NCBI GenBank assembly: GCA_002503985.1
Contig: DASW01000003.1
Span: 221,394 to 285,393, forward strand
DNA: 64,000 nt
Origin: Thermoplasmata archaeon UBA61
GTDB lineage: Archaea; Thermoplasmatota; Thermoplasmata; Lutacidiplasmatales; UBA184
Reading direction: 5' to 3'
Shown: positions 1-9,222 of the stretch, piece by piece
Numbering within the stretch: the first letter of the stretch is position 1
How the letters are laid out: every line of letters starts with the position of its first letter
Position numbers and translations under genes: made by a program
Notes under the pieces: model-generated
Told to the model about the DNA's origin: nothing
Seen by the model: only the letters and a program-made list of their open reading frames with translations
Database searches by the model: none

Positions 1-580
1 CACTCCCCAGCAGGGACCCGATGCGATCCTCGTCGCGAGCGAGATCGTGACCGGCCTCCAGACGCTGGTGAGCCGGGTCCGCGAGCCGTTCGACCCGGTA
101 GTAGTGAGCGTCGGGTCGTTCCACGGCGGAACCCGGAACAACATCCTCCCGAGCGAGGTCGTGCTCGAAGGGACGGTGCGCACGTTCCGGTCGAGCACTC
201 GGGACCTGATCGAGCGGAGCTTGAAGCGGCGGGTCCGTGCGATCGCCGCGAGCCACGGCGCCCGGGTCCGTGTCGTGTACCGTCGCGGCTACCCAACGTT
301 GGTGAACCCTCCGGGGCCGACCCGGGTGGTCGCCGAAGGTCTTTCGGTCGAGCTTGGCCGAAAGAACGTGGTCGAGGTCGAGCACCCGCTCATGGGAGCC
401 GAGGACTTCTCGCGGTACCTCGAACGCGTCCCCGGGACCTTCCTGCGTCTCGGTGTCGGCGTGGCGGACCGGCCGGCGAGCCTCCACAGCGCCACGTTCG
501 CGCCGGACGAGAGGGCGCTCGTCGTGGGGGCGACCGCCCTCGTGGTCGCCGCGGAGAGCCTTCAGCGGTCCCCGCCATGA
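1..580 (+). CDS. M20 family amidohydrolase/peptidase, C-terminal part (5' end lies outside window)
   Basis: Frame continuous from position 2. The translation ILVASEIVTGLQ...GGTRNNILPSEVVLEGTVRTF...HPLMGAEDFSRY is typical of M20 amidohydrolases (recognised from memory). The stop overlaps the next ATG (ATGA). Confidence 0.7.
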   Translation, partial: TPQQGPDAILVASEIVTGLQTLVSRVREPFDPVVVSVGSFHGGTRNNILPSEVVLEGTVRTFRSSTRDLIERSLKRRVRAIAASHGARVRVVYRRGYPTLVNPPGPTRVVAEGLSVELGRKNVVEVEHPLMGAEDFSRYLERVPGTFLRLGVGVADRPASLHSATFAPDERALVVGATALVVAAESLQRSPP

Positions 581-1953
581 ACGTCGCGCAGGTTCGTGCG
601 GACTTCCCGGCGCTCCGACCGCGCGACGGGATCCGGCCCCCGACGTACCTCGACTCGGCGTGCATGTCGCTCGTCCCGTCCGCCGTCCTGGAGGCGATGG
701 AGCAGTACTACCGGGAGTTCCCCGGTTGCGCGGGCCGGAGCCTGCATCGGTACTCGGAGGAGGTGGGGCGTAGGTACGAATCCGCCCGAGCCGCGTTCGC
801 CCGGTTCCTGGGCCGCTCGGACCCGGCCGGGGTCGTCTTTCTGAGGAACGCGACCGAAGCGATCAATCTCGTCGGGCAGGGCCTTCCGTGGAAGTCCGGG
901 GACCGGGTCCTCGTCTCCGACCGCGAGCACAACTCGAACCTCATCGTCTGGCAACGGCTTGCGGCGGAGCGGGGGATCCGGATCGAGATCCTTCCGCTAC
1001 CCGACGACGGCGGGTTCGATGCGGGCGCGCTCGAGGAGCGCCTCGCCCGAGGGGTGCGGCTCGTGAGCCTATTCCACACCTCCAACCTGGACGGGCACAC
1101 ATTGCCGATCCGGGAGATCACCGAGCGAGCCCACGACCGCGGCGCGCTCGTCCTGTTCGACGGTTGCCAGGCCGCCCCCCACGAGAAGGTCGAGCTCGAC
1201 CGCCTCGGGGTCGACTTCTACGCGGTCTCGGCGCACAAGATGCTCGGCCCGACCGGAACGGGCGTGCTGGCGGCCGCGACCGAACCGCTCGGACGCCTCC
1301 GACCGCTGCTCATCGGAGGCGAGACCGTGGAATGGTCGACGCTCGAGACCCACGCTCTGCGGCCTCCCCCCCACCGGTTCGAGGCGGGCCTCCAGAACTA
1401 CGCGGGGGTGATCGGCGCGCATGCCGGCCTCGACTACCTTGCTCGCATCGGGTTCGATGCGGTCCAGGCCCAGCAGTACGCCGTCAACGCCCGCGTGACG
1501 AGCGCGTTCGCCGACGAGCCCCGGGTGCACCTGCTGGGCCCCGCGGACCCCCGGGCCCGCTCGAGCGTCTTCGCGTTCACGGTCGACGGCGTCGACCCGC
1601 ACGACGCCGCGGTCTTCCTGGATGAGGGTCACGAGGTGCTGGTCCGCTCGGGCATGCACTGTGCCCACTCCTACTACTCGCGTCGAGGCCTTCCGGGGAA
1701 CGTACGGGCCTCGTTCTACCTCTACAACGACCGCACGGACGCGGACCGATTGATCGGCGGCCTCCGCGAGCTCCTGGAAAAGCTGCCCGGCGCAGGGGTT
1801 AGCGGTACATCGGCTCGGACGGTCGCGTCGACGAGTCGGTCCGGCTCCGGTCGGCCGCGTGCTTCTGGATCGAGAGGAGCTGCTGCTCGATCCGCTCGGC
1901 CTCGGCATAGAGCGGGACGGGGTCGAGGGGCGTCCGGAGCAGGATCTGGTTGA
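577..1953 (+). CDS. class V aminotransferase / cysteine desulfurase family protein
   Basis: 458 aa. Fold-type I PLP enzyme, with a SAHKMLGP lysine region and an RSGMHCAHS active-site Cys motif resembling SufS/CsdA. An Arg/Ser/Gly-rich tail of about 50 aa overlaps the next gene. Confidence 0.8.
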   Translation: MNVAQVRADFPALRPRDGIRPPTYLDSACMSLVPSAVLEAMEQYYREFPGCAGRSLHRYSEEVGRRYESARAAFARFLGRSDPAGVVFLRNATEAINLVGQGLPWKSGDRVLVSDREHNSNLIVWQRLAAERGIRIEILPLPDDGGFDAGALEERLARGVRLVSLFHTSNLDGHTLPIREITERAHDRGALVLFDGCQAAPHEKVELDRLGVDFYAVSAHKMLGPTGTGVLAAATEPLGRLRPLLIGGETVEWSTLETHALRPPPHRFEAGLQNYAGVIGAHAGLDYLARIGFDAVQAQQYAVNARVTSAFADEPRVHLLGPADPRARSSVFAFTVDGVDPHDAAVFLDEGHEVLVRSGMHCAHSYYSRRGLPGNVRASFYLYNDRTDADRLIGGLRELLEKLPGAGVSGTSARTVASTSRSGSGRPRASGSRGAAARSARPRHRAGRGRGASGAGSG

Positions 1954-2614
1954 TCGTTTCGATCACCTTGGCCGCGGCCCGGGCGTCCGGGTAGTCGGCC
2001 TGCGCTTCGGCGAGGAACGTGAGGACGTCAAACCCGCGGCGTCGACCCTCGTTCAGGAGAACTCCCGCGATCCCGGTGATGACCCCCTCGGCGAACGGGA
2101 TCATGTTCGGTTCGATGTAGAGTTCGCGCGCCTTCCGGGTGCTCGCGACCCCGTAGACCTTCACGTCGTTCATGTGAGGAGGCCGGCTTCCACGCCCGGG
2201 CGTGGGAGCGGCTTCGACGATCAGGCCTTCCGGCGAGACGAGCAGGGAGCAGCGCTGCTCCTGTACCCAATCCAGGATGGCCGTAGCAAGGGGATGGATG
2301 ACGGACGGTGCCGGGTGGAACTCGGAGACGAACGCCACGATCTTGTCCGCCCCCCGTCCCGCGCGGTCGGCGGGAGGGTGACCGGCGTAGATCCGCACGG
2401 GGTGCTGCGGGATGCCGTTCCGCACGAGCGAGACCGTGGGGAACGCGGGGGATTCCACGATCCCGATCTGCTCCATCTCGAGGGTATCAATGAGGTAGTT
2501 CGCGACGATGGAGCTGACGAGACCGACGGAGGGGAACCCGTCGATGACGATCGCACCCTCTACGTCGACGCGCTTGATCTCGTAGATCCGGACCTGGTCC
2601 GGCGCCATCGGCAT
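1799..2614 (-). CDS. proteasome assembly chaperone (PAC2) family protein
   Basis: 271 aa. The N-terminal GFPSVGLVSSIVANYLID...SPAFP...VRIY pattern is typical of archaeal PAC2/DUF75 proteins (memory-based). Confidence 0.55.
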   Translation of the reverse strand: MPMAPDQVRIYEIKRVDVEGAIVIDGFPSVGLVSSIVANYLIDTLEMEQIGIVESPAFPTVSLVRNGIPQHPVRIYAGHPPADRAGRGADKIVAFVSEFHPAPSVIHPLATAILDWVQEQRCSLLVSPEGLIVEAAPTPGRGSRPPHMNDVKVYGVASTRKARELYIEPNMIPFAEGVITGIAGVLLNEGRRRGFDVLTFLAEAQADYPDARAAAKVIETINQILLRTPLDPVPLYAEAERIEQQLLSIQKHAADRSRTDSSTRPSEPMYR

Positions 2615-2618
2615 GGGG

Positions 2619-2978
2619 CTAGAGCGACCTCTCGACGATCTGACCGAGCTCTTTCGAGATCAGGTCCACGATGTTCTTCGTCAGCGCGTGCCGCACGTCG
2701 GGCGGGAGCGCCGAAAGCCCGAGCCGGGCGGTGGCCGTGCCCACGCGCATGAGCGCGGCGTACTCGGTCGCCCTTGCCGCGAGGAGGTCCTTCACAGCGT
2801 CCTTGAGGTCCTGGGCGAGCTTCGGGTCCTCTTGGAGGGTCTTCTCGAGGTGCCGACGGATCTCGTCCTTGACGATGTCGCGCGTCGCCTCGCGGACCAG
2901 CTCTTCGGGGCGAAGCAGGTCGGTCGTGCTCTTCAGGAGCACGTCGATCGGTCCACCGGAGGACGAGTCCTCGGCCAT
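2619..2978 (-). CDS. hypothetical small helical protein
   Basis: Internal Met (MAEDSSSGGPIDVLL...) of the longer 2619..3197 ORF. The N-terminal extension was rejected because it runs through the tRNA and its promoter. Lies immediately upstream of the PAC2 gene on the same strand. Confidence 0.4.
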   Translation of the reverse strand: MAEDSSSGGPIDVLLKSTTDLLRPEELVREATRDIVKDEIRRHLEKTLQEDPKLAQDLKDAVKDLLAARATEYAALMRVGTATARLGLSALPPDVRHALTKNIVDLISKELGQIVERSL

Positions 2979-3107
2979 CGGGCGGCAAAGTCCGGTCGGA
3001 GGGATAAGCGTTTGGCTGGCCCATCGACCCGAGCCGAGGCCTTCCCCCGCTCCCGACGGGGATTCGGGCCCGGCGCGCCCCCGGCGGCCCACGGGTCGGA
3101 GGAAGGG

Positions 3108-3114
3108 TTTATCC
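3108..3114 (+). promoter_or_regulatory. TATA-like box (TTTATCC) about 27 nt upstream of the tRNA-Ala 5' end
   Basis: AT-rich box at canonical archaeal spacing from the mature tRNA 5' end. Confidence 0.35.
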
Positions 3115-3140
3115 AGACCCGAACCTCGACCCGCCGGCGT

Positions 3141-3246
3141 GGGCCGGTAGATCAGCGGAAGATCGCTACCTTGGCAAGGTAGAGGTCGCGAGTTCAAAGG
3201 GTCGGGCCGCGAGGAACGGCCCGGCCGGGGAATCTCGCCCGGTCCA
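3141..3246 (+). tRNA. tRNA-Ala (anticodon GGC) with about 34-nt non-canonical intron in the T-loop (approx. 3199..3232)
   Basis: A perfect cloverleaf is obtained when 3199..3232 is removed. Acceptor GGGCCGG/CCGGTCC carries the G3:U70 Ala identity pair. D-stem is GATC/GATC, anticodon stem CTACC/GGTAG with loop TTGGCAA, T-stem GCGAG/CTCGC with loop TTCAAAT, and discriminator A. The intron contains its own hairpin (GGGCCG-CGAGGAA-CGGCCC). Confidence 0.55.
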
Positions 3247-3329
3247 CTCCCGGTTTTCCTCTCCTATCGTTCGGCAGATGTCGACATTGGGCACCGACAC
3301 GAAGGACAGCGATTTATACCGGATGCCGG

Positions 3330-4019
3330 ATGCTCACGGCCGTGGAGGCCGACCTCCGGGAGAAGATCGCCGGCGAGGTGGTCCTGTCGCCGCATCCCGG
3401 ACGGACGCTCCGCAAGTGGCGGGAGGGTTTCGGGATCTCCCAGCGGGACCTCGCTCGACGCCTCGTGACCGTTCCCTCGGTCATCAGTGACTACGAATCC
3501 GAACGGCGCCAGAGCCCCGGAGCGGGGTTCATTCGGCGGTACGTGGAAGCCCTTATCGCGCTCGACACCGACAGCGGGGGAAAGGTCGGCGAACGCCTCG
3601 GGGTCCGTCCGCACTCGGACGGGATCCTCGGGATGCGCGAGTTCGCGGTCGCCATCCCCTTGAAGACTCTCGGCGACCGCTTGGACGCCCGGCCGGTGAG
3701 CCGTGTCGACCTGCACCGTGACATCCACGGGTTCACCGTCCTCGACGCCCCGCGCGCGATCCTCTCGATCGACGCGTCGCATTTCGTCGAGGTGTACGGC
3801 TGGACGACCCAACGCGCGCTCATCTTCTCGAACGTCAAGTACGGACGCTCGCCGATGGTGGCGATCCGGGCCCACCCGATGAAGCCCGCCGCCGTCTTCT
3901 TCGCGAACCCCGGCCGGGTCGACCCTCTCGCGATCCGCCTCTCCGAGGTCGAGAACATCCCCCTCCTCACGACGGCGCTCAGCGCGCCGGCGGTGCTCGA
4001 ACGGCTCGAGGAACTGTAG
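3330..4019 (+). CDS. HTH (XRE-like) transcriptional regulator associated with the mevalonate operon
   Basis: 229 aa. The LRKWREGFGISQRDLARRL helix-turn-helix sits directly upstream of HMG-CoA synthase, as in many archaea. A TTTATAC box lies at 3313-3319, so the true start may be a downstream GTG at 3342. Confidence 0.65.
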   Translation: MLTAVEADLREKIAGEVVLSPHPGRTLRKWREGFGISQRDLARRLVTVPSVISDYESERRQSPGAGFIRRYVEALIALDTDSGGKVGERLGVRPHSDGILGMREFAVAIPLKTLGDRLDARPVSRVDLHRDIHGFTVLDAPRAILSIDASHFVEVYGWTTQRALIFSNVKYGRSPMVAIRAHPMKPAAVFFANPGRVDPLAIRLSEVENIPLLTTALSAPAVLERLEEL

Positions 4020-4037
4020 AACAGGAAGGAACGAACG

Positions 4038-5090
4038 ATGGAAGCAGGCATCGTGAGCTACGGAGCGTACGTCCCCCGGCATCGGATCACCCCCACGGAG
4101 ATCGGTCGGGTCTGGGGAGTGGACGGCGAGGCCATGGGCCTCGGCCTCAACGTTCGACGCAAGAGCGTCCCCGCTCCGGACGAGGACACGATCACGATCT
4201 CCACCGAGGCGCTGCGGACCGCGCTCGTGCGGGGCGCCATCGACCCCCAACAGATCGGCGCGCTCTACGTGGGCTCGGAGTCGCACCCCTACGCGGTCAA
4301 GCCGTCCGCCACCGTCGTCGCGCAGGCGGTCGGTGCCACCCCCAACCTGACCGCGGCCGATTTCGAGTTCGCCTGCAAAGCAGGGACGGCGGCGATCCAG
4401 ACCTGCCTCGGGCTCGTCGGCGCCGGGATGATCCGCTACGGGGTGGCCATCGGGGCCGACACGTCCCAGGGTGCCCCCGGGGACGCGCTCGAGTACTCGG
4501 CGAGCGCGGGTGGAGCGGCGTTCGTCATCGGGAAGGAACGCGTCATCTGCCGGGTCGAGCGGACGACCTCCTACACGACCGACACTCCGGACTTCTGGCG
4601 ACGGGAGGGACAGCGGTACCCTAGCCACGGCGGCCGGTTCACGGGAGAGCCCGCGTACTTCCGGCACGTGACCGAATGCGCTCACCGGATCATGGAGGCC
4701 TCGGGGACGACCCCCAAGGACTACCAGCACGTCGTCTTCCACCAGCCCAACGGGAAGTTCCCCCAGCGCGTGGGCAAGCAGCTCGGCTTCACCGACCCCC
4801 AGATGCGCTACGGGCTCGTGACCCCCGCGATCGGCAACACCTACTCGGCCGCGGCGCTCATCGGGCTCGCGAACGTCCTCGACCACGCCCACCCCGGCGA
4901 GAGGATCCTCATGGTCGGCTACGGTTCGGGGGCGGGGTCGGACGCGTTCGACCTCGAGACGACCGACGCGATCGCCTCCTTCGAGAAGGGCTACGGGCGA
5001 CCGGTCGAGTACTACCTCGAGAACGGGGTCGAGCTCTCCTACGCGATGTACGCGAAGTTCCGGGGCAAGATCCACATGGGAGGGGAGTAA
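4038..5090 (+). CDS. hydroxymethylglutaryl-CoA synthase (archaeal type)
   Basis: 350 aa. Thiolase-fold condensing enzyme ([17 protein letters not shown]...) of archaeal HMGCS length. Confidence 0.88.
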   Translation: MEAGIVSYGAYVPRHRITPTEIGRVWGVDGEAMGLGLNVRRKSVPAPDEDTITISTEALRTALVRGAIDPQQIGALYVGSESHPYAVKPSATVVAQAVGATPNLTAADFEFACKAGTAAIQTCLGLVGAGMIRYGVAIGADTSQGAPGDALEYSASAGGAAFVIGKERVICRVERTTSYTTDTPDFWRREGQRYPSHGGRFTGEPAYFRHVTECAHRIMEASGTTPKDYQHVVFHQPNGKFPQRVGKQLGFTDPQMRYGLVTPAIGNTYSAAALIGLANVLDHAHPGERILMVGYGSGAGSDAFDLETTDAIASFEKGYGRPVEYYLENGVELSYAMYAKFRGKIHMGGE

Positions 5091-5092
5091 CG

Positions 5093-6262
5093 ATGCGCGA
5101 CGTCGCCGTCCTTGGGGTCGGCCAAACGAAGTTCGGGGAGCTCTGGGACCGCTCGTTCCGCGAGATCGGGATCGAGGCGGGCCTTCAAGCGCTCGTGGAC
5201 GCCAAGCTCTCGTCGCAGGACCTGGGCGGCCTCTTCCTCGGGAACATGGCGTCCGGCGCCCTCATCGACCAGGAGCACATCGCGCCCCTCATCCTCGACG
5301 CCACCGGCCTCGGACACCGCCACCTTCCCGCCGTGCGGGTGGAGGGCGGAGGGGCCTCCGGGGCGCTCGCGCTCCACCAAGGATACCTGGCCGTGGCGAG
5401 CGGTCTCTACGACTACGTCGTCGTGGGGGGTGCGGAGAAGCTCACCGACGTCCCGGACGAGACAGCGTCGCGGATCACGAGCTCGGCGGCCGACCACGAA
5501 TGGGAGGTCGTCTTCGGGGCCACCCTGCCCGCCCTCTGGGCGCTCGTGGCGCGTCGCCACATGCACGACTTCGGAACGACGCGCGAGGAGCTCGCCCGGG
5601 TCGCGGTGCACGCCCACGAGATGGGCTCGAAGAACCCGAACGCGCACTACCGCAACAAGCTCACCCTCGCCCAGGTTATGGATGCCGGTCCGGTCGCCGA
5701 GCCTCTCGGGATGCTCGACTGCGCTCCGCTCTCGGACGGAGCGGCCGCGGTCGTGCTCGGCCCGATGGAGCTCGCCCGCAAGCACACGGACACGCCGGTG
5801 CGCATCGTCGCGAGCCAGGTCGCTTGCGACACGATGGCCCTCCATCACCGTCGGGAGATCACGCGCCTCGAGTCGACCGTGGTCGCCGCTCGACGGGCGT
5901 TCGACCAGGCCCGCCGGATCCCGTCGGATGTTCAGGTCGCCGAGATCCACGACGCCTACACCATCAGCGCCCTCGTCTCGCTCGAGGACCTCGGGTTCGT
6001 CGACAAGGGTCGCGCGGGTCCGGAGTTCGCGACCGGCCGCTTCGGTCCCGGAGGGAAGACCGTCGTGAACACGTCCGGTGGGCTCAAGGCCCAGGGTCGG
6101 CCGTTCGGCGCGGTCGGGGTCGCCCAGGTGGTCGAGCTCGTCCGCCAGCTACGCGGCGAAGCGAAGGAACGCCAGGTCTCGGGCGCGAACATCGGTCTCG
6201 CCCAGGACGTGGGAGGCACGGGGGCGACCACGGTCGTTCACATCCTCGAGAGGGCCAACTAG
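5093..6262 (+). CDS. acetyl-CoA C-acetyltransferase (archaeal thiolase)
   Basis: Starts MRDVAVLGVGQTKFGE, in frame within the longer 4676..6262 ORF whose upstream part overlaps HMGCS and was rejected. Thiolase with a GGLKAQGRPFGAVG C-terminal motif. Confidence 0.88.
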   Translation: MRDVAVLGVGQTKFGELWDRSFREIGIEAGLQALVDAKLSSQDLGGLFLGNMASGALIDQEHIAPLILDATGLGHRHLPAVRVEGGGASGALALHQGYLAVASGLYDYVVVGGAEKLTDVPDETASRITSSAADHEWEVVFGATLPALWALVARRHMHDFGTTREELARVAVHAHEMGSKNPNAHYRNKLTLAQVMDAGPVAEPLGMLDCAPLSDGAAAVVLGPMELARKHTDTPVRIVASQVACDTMALHHRREITRLESTVVAARRAFDQARRIPSDVQVAEIHDAYTISALVSLEDLGFVDKGRAGPEFATGRFGPGGKTVVNTSGGLKAQGRPFGAVGVAQVVELVRQLRGEAKERQVSGANIGLAQDVGGTGATTVVHILERAN

Positions 6263-6271
6263 GAGGGAACC

Positions 6272-6763
6272 ATGTCGGTAGCACGATTCTGGCGCGAAAC
6301 TCCTCGACGGTACAACCTCGGCGGCTCGAAGTGCACCATGTGCGGGACGGTCTACTTCCCGCCCCGCGCCGTCTGTCCGGAGTGCACGAGCCATCGGCAG
6401 TCGATCGAGAAGATGGTGCCGTACCAGCTCTCCGGTGAAGGCGAGGTGATCTCGTACACCATCGTCCACGACGCGGCCGAAGGGTTCGAGATGCAGGTCC
6501 CGTACGCGCTCGGCCTGGTGAAGACGCCCGAGGGTCCGGTCCTCACCGGGCAGATCGTGGACATCGAGCCGGAGACCGTAGCGATCGGCCTCAAGGTCCG
6601 GGCTACCTTCCGAAAGCTCCGAGAGGAAGGCGCCTCCGGGGTCATCCACTACGGGTACAAGTTCACCCCGCTCGACGAATCCGGGATCCTTCCCTCCGCT
6701 CGAGGGCCGGCCGCTCCGGCGCCGGCGAAGGACGCCCCCGGCCCGGAACGGACCTCGACGTGA
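6272..6763 (+). CDS. DUF35 OB-fold / zinc-ribbon protein (thiolase-HMGCS complex scaffold)
   Basis: A CxxC...CxxC ribbon (CTMCGTVYFPPRAVCPEC) followed by an OB fold. It occupies the canonical position after the thiolase. Confidence 0.85.
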   Translation: MSVARFWRETPRRYNLGGSKCTMCGTVYFPPRAVCPECTSHRQSIEKMVPYQLSGEGEVISYTIVHDAAEGFEMQVPYALGLVKTPEGPVLTGQIVDIEPETVAIGLKVRATFRKLREEGASGVIHYGYKFTPLDESGILPSARGPAAPAPAKDAPGPERTST

Positions 6764-7548
6764 GCGCTCCCGAGAGACGAACCGCCGCCGTCCCCCCGCC
6801 CGCCGAAGAGCCCCCGGCGGACGAGGAGTACGCGCGCGCCTACGCCGCCGGTTACGAGGAAGGAGTGCGGGGAGCGCTCCGAGAGACCCTCGAACACATC
6901 ACCCACGGTCACACCCCCCAGGAGATCCGGATGCTGACGGCGAGCCGACTCGCCCGCCTCTCCGAAGAGGTCGACCTGAAGCGCAAGAGCCTCCTAGGTC
7001 CCCCGCGACGCCCTGCGTGGGGCTCCCTCCTCCGGCCCCCGGCACCGGCGCGGGCCTGGACCGGGCCGGTCACCGCCGCTTCGGCCCCCGCGTATCGGCT
7101 TCTCCCGGGGCACTCGCTCCTCGTGCGCGAGGAACGGCCGGCCCGTGCGGTCGAGATCCTGCGCGCGAACGCCGCCGCCTTTCCCCGGCTCGCGGTCGTT
7201 TCGATGCGACCTCCCGAGGTGCCGGGACTCCCGGCGGACCATCGCCTCGACCTCACGGTGGGCGGCCCGGGGACCCCGGCCGACCCGAACCAGGGCTCGC
7301 TTACGCCGGGGGAGATCAGCGGTCGTCTGCGGGACCCCACAGAGGCGCCCGGCGGCGCCCTCGTGTACGTCGACGCGCTCGAGTTCCTGGCGACCGAGCA
7401 CAGCCTCGAGACGACGGTCAAGTTCGTCCACTGGCTGGTGACGCAGGCGCAGGAGACCGGGTCCGCGCTCCTCGTCTCGTTCGACCCGCGCGCCCTCGAC
7501 GTCCGCGACGTGAGTCGCCTCGAGCGGGCGTTCGAAAGCGTCCTCTGA
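6760..7548 (+). CDS. DUF835 domain-containing protein
   Basis: GTG start overlaps the DUF35 stop (GTGA). The C-terminal GALVYVDALEFLATEHSLETTVKFVHWLVTQAQETGSALLVSFDPRALD matches the DUF835 consensus pattern (memory-based). Confidence 0.5.
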   Translation: MSAPERRTAAVPPPAEEPPADEEYARAYAAGYEEGVRGALRETLEHITHGHTPQEIRMLTASRLARLSEEVDLKRKSLLGPPRRPAWGSLLRPPAPARAWTGPVTAASAPAYRLLPGHSLLVREERPARAVEILRANAAAFPRLAVVSMRPPEVPGLPADHRLDLTVGGPGTPADPNQGSLTPGEISGRLRDPTEAPGGALVYVDALEFLATEHSLETTVKFVHWLVTQAQETGSALLVSFDPRALDVRDVSRLERAFESVL

Positions 7549-7551
7549 CCT

Positions 7552-9024
7552 TCACCAGACGAGCCGGCCGCGCGCCGCGAGAGGGAGGTCGCTCGGTCGG
7601 CGCCGTCGTACGACCCGCCATCCCTCGAACATCGCCTCGACCCGGCCCGATGCGTCCCGAAGGAAACGGATCGAACCGCGTTGACCGCGGATGCGGGTGA
7701 CGAACTCGTCGTCCCCCGCGTCGCGCAACCGAATGTTCTTCGTGATCGCTTCGATGCCTCGGAAGTCCAGACGCAAGTGGTCCTTGCGGGGGCGCACCTC
7801 GGCCCAGATCCCCTCACCGGAGCAGTACCACCCTACGTACGGCCGAGTCGGCCCCGGCGTGCGCAACGGCTGGGGGATTTCCTCGAACGGGGTCCTGGGA
7901 GGCAGGCCGAGCGCGAGGTTGATCGCGGCGGTGAGCACGGGTTCCATCGGGGAGGTGTCGGCGTTCGAGAGGGCCGCGCCGGCGATGCCCTTTCGGGGGA
8001 CGGCCGCGATGAACGAACTCACGCCCTTGAGACCCCCGCTGTGGTGGACGAGGAGCGTCCCGTGGTAATCGGGGCGCACCGCGAGGCCGTAGCCGTAGTG
8101 AACGCCGTGCCGGATCGGCACGTGCGGCCGGACCATCTCGGCGACCGAGCTCGCCGAGACGATCCGCTCTCGGCCGACCCGACCTCCCGTGAGAAAGATC
8201 TGGAGGTACTGCAGCAGGTCGGTCACGTTCGTGCGCAGCGCCCCAGCGCCGCGCAGGCACGTGTCCTCCCACCATTCTTCGCTCGGAACGAGCGAATGCC
8301 GTTGACCCGTCCAGCGCGGAGAATACAGCGTCGTGACCTCGGGCTGGCGGAACAGGACCCCGGTGTCGAAGGTGGTCGAGGCCATTCCCGCCGGCCGGAG
8401 GAGCTCCTCCTCGAGGAAGCTCTCGTACGTCCGCCCGGATGCCCGCTCGATGATCACTCCGAGGAGCCCGAACCCCTCGTTCGAGTAACTGAAGCATGCG
8501 CCGGGAGGTCCAAGAAGACGGTACTTCTCCTCCGAAAGGTAGCGCATGAGCTGTTCGTAGGTGTCGATCGGCACGTGGTCGGGGTCCACTCCGACGCGCC
8601 GGGCGACCCGAGGGTCGTACGGCGGGTCGCGCCGGACGCTGCGCATGGACGTGTAGTAGATGGACGGGAGAGGCGGCAGGCCAGAACTGTGGGTCAGGAA
8701 GTGGTGGATCCGGATCGGTCGACGGGAGCTCGCCCCCGGGATCCGTAGCTCGGGCAGGTGGCGGGCCACCGGGTCACTGACCTTCAGGAGACCGTGCTCG
8801 GCCAGTCGCAGGACCGCGAGTGCCGTGAACGACTTCGTGACCGAGGCGATCCCGTAGAGGGTCCGGGGGGTGGCGGGAAGTTTCGCCTCGCGGTTCCGGA
8901 ACCCGTACCCTTGGGCGAAGGGTGCCCGCCCCGGGCGCAGGAGGCCGAGTGAGACGCCGGGGGTCTTCGCGCGGGCCATCCCCCGCCGGACGATCTGGTC
9001 GAGGCCCTTGAGCTCGTTCGCCAT
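7552..9024 (-). CDS. serine hydrolase, beta-lactamase/PBP family
   Basis: 490 aa with SVTK (S-x-x-K), YSN and HSGG motifs. Confidence 0.8.
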   Translation of the reverse strand: MANELKGLDQIVRRGMARAKTPGVSLGLLRPGRAPFAQGYGFRNREAKLPATPRTLYGIASVTKSFTALAVLRLAEHGLLKVSDPVARHLPELRIPGASSRRPIRIHHFLTHSSGLPPLPSIYYTSMRSVRRDPPYDPRVARRVGVDPDHVPIDTYEQLMRYLSEEKYRLLGPPGACFSYSNEGFGLLGVIIERASGRTYESFLEEELLRPAGMASTTFDTGVLFRQPEVTTLYSPRWTGQRHSLVPSEEWWEDTCLRGAGALRTNVTDLLQYLQIFLTGGRVGRERIVSASSVAEMVRPHVPIRHGVHYGYGLAVRPDYHGTLLVHHSGGLKGVSSFIAAVPRKGIAGAALSNADTSPMEPVLTAAINLALGLPPRTPFEEIPQPLRTPGPTRPYVGWYCSGEGIWAEVRPRKDHLRLDFRGIEAITKNIRLRDAGDDEFVTRIRGQRGSIRFLRDASGRVEAMFEGWRVVRRRRPSDLPLAARGRLVW

Positions 9025-9222
9025 CTCCGTACCCCTTCGCGAGGGAGGACCGGTCCACCCATAAGAATACGAACCCCCGCGGTCCAGCCCGTCCCCGATG
9101 AACCGTCCGATGGAGGTCGCCTTCCTTTCCGACCCCTACCGCCTGCGCAACCGCGGCCCTCGACGGGATGGCCCTTCGCTTTATCTCCCTCTTCCGGTTG
9201 GTGGGGGAAGGGAGGTCCACCG

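Noticed and set aside
2979-3197. N-terminal 73 aa of the 2619..3197 track ORF
   Set aside because: Runs through the tRNA-Ala gene and its TATA box. An internal Met at 2978 gives a compact protein immediately upstream of PAC2.
3264-5075. 603-aa minus-strand ORF opposite the HTH regulator and HMG-CoA synthase
   Set aside because: Arg/Gly/Asp-rich low-complexity translation typical of antisense frames in 70% GC DNA. The plus-strand genes have clear family motifs.
4676-5092. Upstream in-frame extension of the thiolase ORF (track start 4676); likewise 14617..15051 for L3, 20373..20873 for L24, 25809..26267 for L30, 29201..29839 for cmk and 30103..30384 for cbf5
   Set aside because: These extensions overlap the preceding gene in another frame. 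Conserved N-termini and tight stop/start overlaps define the real starts.
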